From: Octopus bimaculoides
Lineage: Eukaryota
DNA length: 64,000 nt
Assembly: GCF_001194135.2 (NCBI RefSeq)
Contig: NC_068985.1
Location: forward strand, 47,938,920 to 48,002,919
Reading direction: 5' to 3'
The first letter of the stretch is position 1. Each line of letters begins with the position of its first letter. This document shows positions 54,149 through 64,000 of this stretch, one piece after another. The translations under genes and the position numbers were made by a program. The notes under the pieces are model-generated. The model made no database searches. It had not been told where the DNA came from and was given only the letters and a program-made list of their open reading frames with translations.

Positions 54149-54150
54149 AG

Positions 54151-54181
<31 letters not shown>

Positions 54182-54949
54182 CGTATACATACAAACATAT
54201 ATACAATTTACTGTTTCATAAATAGTCCTCAAGTAGATATCATTTTCTTCCCGACACCCCTTATGTGCCATGCTATTTCGATAACATTCATATAGCTTTT
54301 TTTTACGAATGAATATTTTGCTTATCTTGACAAAGGACAAACTGGACATACCTATAATTATTTCTTTTCCGTTTAGTATTATCCATTGTCATAGTATGTA
54401 AATTTTACTTCTCGTTTTTGTTGTTCTTTTACCATAAATTATCAGCAGCCTATCAGGCTAGCGAAACTTGGAGCTCCTGATTCATCGGATACTAGTTTAC
54501 AATGCCAAATCTTGATTCCTTCCAATAAAATCGCAACATATACAACTGTTTCAATGCCACAATCAGATGTTTTGACAATATGAAATATTCTGCCAATATT
54601 CCCCACTATTTCTCATAATTATTGCTAATTTTTTAGCCATTTACACCCACTATTTATATCAAAAAGCTCCATGAGTGTGTTGTTCTACCACCGGTAACTC
54701 CACAATATCCTCTGTATCCTGCGCATCTTCGCTAGATCTTCTTATCTAGTACTCCCTAAAACTGAGGGTCTTTGCATTTCTCTGTCTTATATCCTTCACT
54801 TCATCGTGTTAGCGAACATCAAGCTTTGAGCGAAACAGCGATTCCTTTGGCGCATCAAGCTATGAACATTGTTTTGCAACAGATAGACAGAGTATAGTAA
54901 TACCGACTCCATACTGGTGGTGACCGAATCTCATTTAATTGCCTTTTTC

Positions 54950-55100
54950 CATTTTTCTCTGCTTTCAGTACTCCGTTTTTAACTGACACTAACATGGTTT
55001 CCTTACTTTGGGCTAGGTATCTCATTAAGCTGTCGAGTTGGATATGTACACAGACTTCCACTCTTATCAGTACCCTTCTTTCATTTGGTCTCTTCATTTA
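54950..55100 (-). mobile_element. R4/Dong-like fragment (post-RT region)
   Basis: MKRPNERRVLIRVEVCVHIQLDSLMRYLAQSKETMLVSVKN resembles Y.KR..GGRGL..VE.C......SL..YL..S.E.LL..V; abuts (ATT)n. Confidence 0.55.
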
Positions 55101-55105
55101 TAGGC

Positions 55106-55230
<125 letters not shown>

Positions 55231-55611
55231 AATATTAAGATTATTATCATGACTAGTGTAGGTTGGTAGAATGAAACTAAATTCGTGTGCGTGCGCGTGC
55301 GCACGAGTGTGTGTACACACGCGAACAAATATGTATATATTTACTGTTATTCTAGCGCAAACATCAAAGAAAATGACTTGATGCATTTATTCCGGCTCTA
55401 AAGATTCTGCTTTAAAATCGCGCTTTTGCTTTTCTTCTATCTGGGATCTATAAAGTAGCGTAACAGTCAAGTACCGAAATCGATGGAATCAACTAATTCC
55501 ATTCCCACAAAAGATGTCGGTTTTGTGTCTAAAATACAATTAATCATTATTGTTGTCGATCAGGCTGTTGTTGAATTTCTTTTTATTATTATCAATCTTA
55601 ATTACATCAGT

Positions 55612-56085
55612 ATTATTATTATTGAGTTAGAAAGTAGTGTATGCCATCAGATTGAGACTAGGGTATAAATATACAAAGCCTAATATACCCATCATGACTA
55701 CTCCTTCGATAAGGGTACACTAGGCACATGCATCACAACCATATGTGCGTGACATGGTGATCTCATATCAAGATAAACAGCGCATGACTTTGCAGCTTTA
55801 GCCCAGTCAGAATTTACTTCATGTTGAGTAGCTCATCCCGCTCAAAAGGTCCCTGAATAAGAGTTACTTAAGGATGTTGAACAAAACACCCATGTTTCCG
55901 AAAATGAATTGTTCAAACCCCAAAGAATTCCTCTTAACACATGGCTATGATGCTCCCCCACAATTTCTGCTTGTTATCAGAGATGCACAAATCATCAGCT
56001 ACCAAGGAGCATGCTCAACTGGTTAAGGTCAAGCAATTGACAAGCAGATCTGTGGTATTAAGCAGAATATTTGCTTTAGCCCATC

Positions 56086-56086
<1 letters not shown>
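55612..56086 (-). mobile_element. Non-coding interspersed repeat family D, bounded by (ATT)n tracts
   Basis: Shares aatatacccatcatgactac...gcgtgacatggtgatct.atatcaagataaacagcgcatgac with 58720-58888 and a short piece at about 56148-56174. Strand is inferred from a presumed (AAT)n tail. Confidence 0.7.
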
Positions 56087-56139
<53 letters not shown>

Positions 56140-56181
56140 CATTATTTGTGCGCGACATGGTGATCTCATATCAAACGATGA

Positions 56182-56511
56182 CAAGAAAAGCTCCTTCGTG
56201 GCAAATACTGTGCTTTAACTAAACGCAAAGAAATAGACAAAGCAAAATTCCAGCAATGGCTGAGAAGCTCAGGACTCAAAGCAGAGACAGAAGGATGTTT
56301 AATTGCAGCACAAGACCAAAACCTCCCAACCAGAAATTACCAAAAACATATAATGAAAAGAAACATAACAAGTAACTGCAGAATATGTGGAGATGGACAA
56401 GAAACAATAAATCATATTATCTCTGCCTGTCCAGTCTTGGCTAAGAAGGAATATATTCACAGACACGACAGATTTGGGACCTACATTCATTGGAAGCTAT
56501 GCCAACACTAG
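56182..56511 (+). mobile_element. R4/Dong C-terminal fragment with a CCHC zinc knuckle
   Basis: Open frame QEKLLRGKY...WLRSSGLKAETEGCLIAAQDQNLPTRNYQ...CRICGDGQETINHIISACPVLAKKEYIHRHD; not in the ORF track (no early start codon). Confidence 0.9.
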
Positions 56512-56520
56512 GGAATAACA

Positions 56521-57100
56521 TTTAGCTCGGTGATATTGACATTTGTTTCTGTGGTTATTTGTTCTGTGACGGCCAGGTTCATGCTATTTATTATTGATGT
56601 TTTATTATCTATTTTGATTTTTGTGAGGTATAATCGGTGGTCAATACTGAGATCTGTGGCTTTCAGTTCTTTGATTATGCTCATTTTTAGAGTATCATAA
56701 TCATTAGGCTCCCCTTCACTGTTTCCAGGTGTTAGATGTGTTTCGCTTTCCTTCCCTTTCATATGTTTGTCTGTGGTGTTCTAGTTTGGTGCTTTTTTAC
56801 ACTTCATTATACATTCCTACGGTCTGGGTTGTTTACTTCGCTTTTGTTGGACATGTTACGTCTGTCTTCGTGTTCTACAGTTCCAATGCTTATGATAGTA
56901 TTTAGTTTTGCTGTGTGGCTACTATCTACATTTTCCTGATGTATTTTTCCTTTTAAGTATTCTATTTCTATTTCTGATATTTTTTTTTGTTTTGAAAAGA
57001 TATCTTCGTATGTCAGCTAGTTAATTAGGGTTCATTGATGTACCTAAGTCTTTATTTACGTTATTTTTCTTCCAGATTTTATATGTATATGTTCTGGTGT
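56521..57100 (-). mobile_element. R4/Dong N-terminal fragment, inverted relative to 56182-56511
   Basis: ENTRTYTYKIWKKNN...MNPN and ORF 56508..56762 resemble the N-terminal region seen at about 36800-37300. Confidence 0.55.
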
Positions 57101-57104
57101 TTTC

Positions 57105-58705
57105 ATTCTTTATCGTGTCGGTCGCCTTCGAAGTGAAGATGGTCGGCACCATCCTTAAGAAATAAGAGTCGGTTGCAGGGGCTAAAATCAACGCCGACAA
57201 ATCGATGTTTCCTGTTGGGCTCCGAGACAGGTAGGTCGATGACATCGGACAGCGTCCTCGGACGCTGACCCGACGGACCAGTTAAACTGCTCGGGGTCTA
57301 GCTTGGTCCTGATCTCCTGGTTGATAAGAACTGGGACGATGTGGCAAACAGGGTGACCAGTCTTACCCAGAAATTGGTTGAGAGGAAGCTGTCTCCGAAA
57401 GGTCGGGCAGAGGTGGCAAATGCCTACATCGCCTCCGTTATCATTTATCGCCTGACGGTTGTGCCTTGTCCCGGTTACTGCTTGACTAGGTTGGAGCGTC
57501 TCTTATTTAAATTCATGTGGAAAGGATGCGTTCCAATGGTAAGGTGGTTTGTTTGTTGCCAGCATCGTCTGAATGTTGGATTAGGTATTCTGTGGCTCTT
57601 AATACCCAGACACGCTCTTAGGTTACGGCACATGCAACGATTTCTGGACGAGGAGCGTATGGGATCCATTTGTGAGACTCGTCTTTCTGTAGCTCGTCTC
57701 CTTGGCGAAGCTGCAGGCCTGGGTGAAGAAACGACCGAGACTGGGCGCCTGGTACCTAGGACGTCGTCAGGCACTCACAACCCTCAACCAGTCGAGCAAT
57801 AGAATCGGTGGATATTCCGTTTAGAAATTTATAGAGGATTAGTAACCGAGAAGTGCGAAGACGTTCTCGGGGAGTCTCTGGGCGCCGACGAAAACGAACT
57901 AGCTAGTCTGATCCTGGACGTTTCCAGTCGGGAACTATGATAGATAATTTCCTGATGTTCTTGGCGTGGTAGTGCTACCAGGGATAGCTACCGGTTCGAG
58001 ATAAACTCTACAGGTACGGATGTGCTCTCAGACAGGATTGTGCGAGATGCGCGCACTGACGAAACCGTTCTGCACGCATTCGTTCAGTGTCCGGGCATTG
58101 CTGACTCGTGGAGTTGTGTCGAACATTTGCTGTCACGTGTAGGACGGATCTGTCTATCGGCCGAGTCTGTAGTGGTGATTTCTCCGCCGACCTCCTTCAA
58201 TCGCACAGGGAAGCAGTTTTCTTTTGCCTGGTGGACAAGGCTAAAGGCATGAGGACAGATACATTCCTCTTTGGTAGAGTTCTCATTGGCTTCTTCAAGA
58301 TTTACTTGAAAAGGAAATTGTGAGTGGAGATGGAAGTGCTGCCCTCGAGTCAATTTATTGAGAGGCAGGTGAAAGTTGCGAGAATGGTAAGATGGCACCT
58401 CTCTAAGTGTAGACCTGTGAGTCGGAGAAAAAGAATTGGAGAGGGCTCTTGCTCTTGGTATTCAAGTACAGTGGGGTTCTTCGATTATTCCTTTCGGTCA
58501 TCCTCTATCAGAACGGCTACATCTCTATCATCTTCCCCTTTTTTTAATCTTTGTATACTATGTACATGTTCCTTCATTTTACATTGTATACTGTGTATAC
58601 TTACCTTCTTTTTCTATATCATTTCGTTATATATAAACTATCACACTATATGTTTGTCTTTGTATTGTGCCCCTCATGCTTCGCACTGAAGGTAAATAAA
58701 TAAAA
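57105..58705 (+). mobile_element. Tx1/L1-clade LINE, 5'-truncated (end of RT, C-terminal zinc motif, 3' UTR)
   Basis: GAKINADKS, LSPKGRAEVANAYIASVIIYRL...LERLLFKFMWKG and TDETVLHAFVQCPGI..W; pyrimidine-rich 3' UTR ending in aaataaataaaa. Confidence 0.85.
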
Positions 58706-58719
58706 TCATTATTTTCATT

Positions 58720-58888
58720 ATTCTATGAGAGAGTAGAGAATGGCATCAAAGTGACACTGGGCTACAAATATACGAAGCCCAATATACCCATCATGACTAC
58801 GTGTCTGATAAATGTGCAAGGCATATGCACTATCATAAGTGCGTGACATGGTGATCTTATATCAAGATAAACAGCGCATGACCTTGCT
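58720..58888 (-). mobile_element. Repeat family D, partial copy
   Basis: Homologous to about 55640-55795. Confidence 0.7.
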
Positions 58889-59830
58889 ATGGTGGCTAGA
58901 TAAGATGTTCAACTTCACTAGAATGTTCCTCGTGCCATTCAGTAACAACTTTAGCTGTGTGAATTGGTGCTTTATCATCCTGAAAGATTGCCTTTCCCTC
59001 CGGAAACAGGTCCGCAACTGTAGGATGAATTTGATCTGACAAAAATGCTTAAATAGTCTTGACTATTAATTCTGCCATGAAGGGAAACCATCGGGCCGGC
59101 GGATTTCCAAGATATAGCCCTCCAGATCATCACAGATCTTCCTCCATGTTTAATAGTTGGACGAAAGCAGTCTGGGTCAAATGCTTCTTTTGGATGTCTC
59201 CACACGTATACTCGGTCAGTCGTCGGAAATAAGGTAAAGGATGACTCGTCTGAGAAAATAACATTCTTCTACTGTTTTTGAAAGCAGTGGTTTTCTGATT
59301 GCAGCCCTTTCGGGAAATGAGGCTTTGTACAGCTCCTGGCGAACAGTTTTTGTGGAAACTGGGTTCTCGAGGGGGTCATTAAGTTCTGTAGTAATTTTGG
59401 GAGTTGTACTTTTGGGATCCTTTCTGACAATTCGCGTCAGATTCCCACGGTCCCTATCTGAAAATTTTGGTTTTCTTCCGGAGTTTTGTTTCGACAAGGA
59501 GGTTTTTCCCTCTTTCACAAAGGCTGTCATTACTTTCGAGACAGTACTTCATGATACATCAAACATTTCGGCTGTTTACGTTATGCTAGCGCCTACTATA
59601 CGAGCACCAACAATTTGACCGCTTTGAAAGTCATCAGACCTTGTAATTTTCATAAAGTTTAATTACCCTTTTCTGATGATATCTGAAAAGAAACAGCAAT
59701 GTTAGCAAATCATTTTAAACGACCCTAATAATAAGTCAAAACCATAAAAATAACAAGTTTTTGGCGGTTTCATAGATATTTCAAAATTATGATACTATGA
59801 TGCTAGGTGTTTCCATTATTTGTCCAACAC

Positions 59831-59833
<3 letters not shown>
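58889..59833 (-). mobile_element. Tc1-like element, 3'-truncated, frameshifted transposase
   Basis: NSGRKPKFSDRDR..LTRIVRK, PTIKHGGRSVMIW and IFQDDKAPIHTAKVVTEWHEEH; 5' TIR ggtgtttccattatttgtccaacacc at about 59806-59831. Confidence 0.9.
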
Positions 59834-59870
<37 letters not shown>

Positions 59871-60112
59871 TTATCTATCTATCTATATATATATATATAC
59901 GTATATAAGCAAATATATACGCACACATATAGTCGCACACAATGAACATACATACACACACCCACACACACGTGCACACACACACACACACACACATACA
60001 CGCGTGCGCGCGCAAGCACGCACGCTCAAACACACACATACATATATAGTGGAATCTATCTATCGTTTTCCTAACCTTTAGGAAATAAACTGTTGCTGTA
60101 TTTGCGAGTTTA

Positions 60113-60135
60113 TTATTGCCGTTGTTGTTGTGGTG

Positions 60136-60169
<34 letters not shown>

Positions 60170-60197
60170 TTGTTCTTCTTCTTCTTTTCTTCTTCTT

Positions 60198-60271
<74 letters not shown>

Positions 60272-60272
60272 G

Positions 60273-60340
<68 letters not shown>

Positions 60341-60500
60341 CATTAGTAGTAGTAGTAGTAGTACTAGTAGTAGTAATGTTAGTATAATTATTATTGCTGT
60401 TGTTGTGGTTGTTATTGTTGTTGCTGTTGACGTCGTTGTAATTGTTATTGTTCGTTGTGGTGCGGATGGCGTTGCTATTCTTGTTTTGTTGTTATTACCA
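60113..60500. repeat. Compound trinucleotide tract (TTG, CTG, TTC, TTA, TAG, TTG)
   Basis: Direct inspection. Confidence 0.95.
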
Positions 60501-60648
60501 TTAAAGTTTATCATAATAATGAATACATATACACATATATGTTCATACTTGTATTCCTGCATATATTACTCTCTCTTCACATACATATATACACACACAT
60601 AGATGTGTGTGTATCTGTGTGTGTGAGCGTGAGTACGTGTATACATCC

Positions 60649-60679
<31 letters not shown>

Positions 60680-63035
60680 TANNNNNNNNNNNNNNNNNNN
60701 NNNNNNNNNNNNNNNNNNNNNNNNNNNNNNNNNNNNNNNNNNNNNNNNNNNNNNNNNNNNNNTATATATATATATATATATATATATGCATACATGCAGA
60801 CAGATAGCCAGACACGCACTCACACACACACACACTCACATACACACACTCACATACTCACACACACACACATATATATATGTATATACATCTATATATC
60901 CATCCACACGTTTGTATGTATGCAAGCCCCAGGAAATCAGAACGGCGCAATGTGACAATAAAGTTAATTATCAGCGCGTTACACACCGAACCGTTCATTG
61001 CCTCTCCAACATTACGTGATAAGTGTTTATTTAGCCAGAATCTACCTTCCTTAATCAATTTATGCGCAACATTTCTCCCTCAAACACACTGTAATCTGTA
61101 ACTTCACATATAGGCATTAACACCAAGATTGTCCACAAATATTGTCATGTTTGGAGTCTCTTCTGTTGCCAGTTTATAAATATATGTACAAATGTTTATT
61201 CAAAAATACTTTACATTTCTATAAAGTGTGTGGATAGCTAAATATGTATTTATGTACATATATACCCTCCGCACATGCACATGCACACATACACACACAC
61301 GCACACAGTCATACACGCGTGCGTGAGTACACACACACAACACTCATAATTTACTAACACGAATAGTATTTACAGTGGTTTCAATGTATGGGCCAACTAA
61401 ATCCTCATCGACCTGTGACGCATTAAGTTAATCATGGTGTTATTAAGTTTCGAGATAATTTTTTTCTGGTGAATGGTGGGGTACAGTTAAATGTAAATTA
61501 GGGTGTAGTGTAGGGTGTGATGGAGAAGTGCTGTGAAGAAATTTTATTCATTATATTTGAGATTATATTCTTGTCCAGAATTTATTCATGGGTGTAATAC
61601 TTTCTAAACAGGTGTATATATATATATATATATAGGTTTGTCAGCTGCAGCTCACGGTATTGTATTTTGTTTGTTTTTGAAAAAAATGAAGTTGGTAGGT
61701 AGAGGAAGATTTCGTTCTAGTGGATGTGTCATTATTTTTGTTTTTTTATTTCTAGTTTTATTGCAGTTAGCCCTTTGCTTTGGGAATGTAAATTTCATTT
61801 GTCCAGCATTTAACAAATTAACAATAGGAATTGTGGTTGTCAGTTATATTTTAATGCAGTTTTTACGGGTTCACAAAAGCATGTAAATTGGTGGTATGCT
61901 TTAGCCGGTCAGTAAGTTTTTCACTTAGTGTTGATGCTACTTACAATATTTTCTGTGTGTATTTGGAAGGTGTAATTTATTTATCAAGCATGCCATGGTG
62001 TTGTTAGTATACAAATTGTTTTTGTCTTGTGCTTTCATGTTCAAAAGTGGGTGGGTAGGTGTAAAGGTTGTAGGTCAGTACATTTCTCTCAACAGATTCT
62101 TTGTTTCATAAGCAATTTAATTGATATTGATACGTTTGTATGTTATGAAAGCCGGGTTCGAGGGTTATATGTTCATGAAACTTTCTTTAATTCTGTTTCA
62201 AATGTGGGTATTTTATAATATAGTATGTTAGGCCTATGGGTATGTATGAATGTGGGGCATTATTAAAAAAAAGCGCGTAAAGGCTCATTTATAAAAACAG
62301 CAATGAAAATAATATCCATTTAAAAAAAAATGATTTATTTAATCTTTTTTAAATTAATTAAAAAGGAATAACAATTGGCTGTATAAAAAGCATATACTTT
62401 TATGTGAGTGCATATAGATTTCTCTGCTTGTCTTAGAAAATGTTTCGGGGGAATATGGTAGGAGATTGCGACATTTTTAGATAATTGAATGGGAGAAGTA
62501 ACGCGAAAAGTCGAGAAGGAAGCATATGGAAAATGTGGATGTTTAAAAAACGGAAAACTTAAAAGTAATCAGAAATAAATGAAAAGGTAAAAGAACTATC
62601 TCCCTTAGATATTGAATAATAAAGCTGGAAAAATAGCGACAAATTAATCTAGTATAGGCGGAATTTTCCATTCTTCAAAAGAAACTTATGTATATGTTTA
62701 CAACTGCTGACAATTTCAGTCCTAGAGTTCGTGAATTAGATATCTTTGATCTAAAAAGCATCTGTGCTCTTTCAGCTAACTGATCCATTACTATAAGGGG
62801 TGGATTTTTCGATTATTTTCCACTGAAGCGTATGTGGTTGTGTTAGATTTCAAATTCCATGCGTTGCTATTTTTCCAGCCTTATAACGTAAGGTCTATTT
62901 ATCTATCTAGTATCTTCCTTTGTATATCTGTTTATCTATCTACATGTCTGTCGTCTGTCTGTGTCGGTACCCATCCGTTAAAGTTTGTAAATGCAATATT
63001 TTTCTCAATTATTGCACTTACATGTATAAGCATGA

Positions 63036-63117
<82 letters not shown>

Positions 63118-63140
63118 TTGTGTGTGTGTTTGTGTGTGTG
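63036..63140. repeat. Long (TG)n tract
   Basis: Direct inspection. Confidence 0.95.
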
Positions 63141-63506
63141 CAATATGTCAAATCCAAACAAAATGCATATCATAAAAACATTGTTTTCTAATATGATAAA
63201 TTTGTTAATTAATGTCTCTGTTAATGAGCAAGAAAATTGTATAGCAATTACGTCTACATTTGTTCGTATTTGGCATTTATATTCTTTGCAAAATCACAGC
63301 TCATTAATAATATAATTAGATTTATACAACACTCAAATACTCGTTTCGTAATTATTTAAGCGAATCCGTCGAGAATTGCTGTCCACTCTAATATAATTAG
63401 TTTGAGAGAAATATTTGAAAAAAACAATTTACGTGGTTTTCATACGCAGAAAATATGAAAATAGATTCTTTTTCAGATGATCCATACGAAGAGAAACATA
63501 GTGGTT

Positions 63507-63572
<66 letters not shown>

Positions 63573-63621
63573 GAGAGAGCGTCATGGACAAAGAGACCGG
63601 GTGAGAAAGAGCAGGAGAGTG

Positions 63622-63858
63622 TGATAAGGAAAGATATTTTTTTCTACTTTAGGCACAAGGTCCGAAATTTTGGGGGAGGGGGTCAGTCGATTAGATCGAC
63701 CCCAGTACGCAGTTGGTACTTAATTTATTGACCCCAAAATTATGAAAGGCGAAGTTGATCTCGACGGAATTTGAACTCAGAGGGTAAAGACAGACGAACT
63801 ACCACCAAGCATTTCACCAGGCGTGCTAACGTTTCTACCTTTGATAAGGAAAGACATT
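63622..63858 (-). mobile_element. SINE family A with a 17-bp target-site duplication
   Basis: Full reverse-complement family A body at 63639-63840, flanked by tgataaggaaagatatt (63622-63638) and tgataaggaaagacatt (63842-63858). Confidence 0.9.
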
Positions 63859-64000
63859 GTCTCACGTAGTACATGTTAAACTTTGCATTTAGAATTACAA
63901 CCTTAGAAGGACTGCGAAATATGAGTTGTTAACCCTTGGCTCGAATTTCTGGTAGTCGGGTGGGGTTTATAGGTTATGGAGAACTTTGCTTTTATTTAAT

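Overview
AT-rich, repeat-dominated eukaryotic DNA with no host protein-coding gene I can support. The microsatellite load and the SINE, mariner and Dong families point to an octopus (cephalopod) genome; this is inference from recalled repeat sequences, not a search. Most ORFs in the supplied track are microsatellite translations or antisense to transposon remnants. Recognisable content: decayed Penelope-like (PLE), RTE, R4/Dong and Tx1/L1-clade retrotransposons; three mariner remnants, one fold-back mariner derivative, a Tc1 element and a MITE; three tRNA-type SINE families; very long simple repeats; eight assembly gaps, most next to (TA)n. The main unexpected signal is a cluster of minimal type-I hammerhead ribozyme (HHR) motifs from at least four or five unrelated repeat families. 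Two have a complete catalytic core (14308-14354 and 21327-21469, both minus strand). One family occurs as an inverted pair and is joined to a Pol III B-box and an (AAT)n tract (50232-50727). Several degenerate relics are also present. All share a tiny palindromic stem III, and all but one lie on the minus strand. Element boundaries were read by eye and are approximate unless stated to the base.
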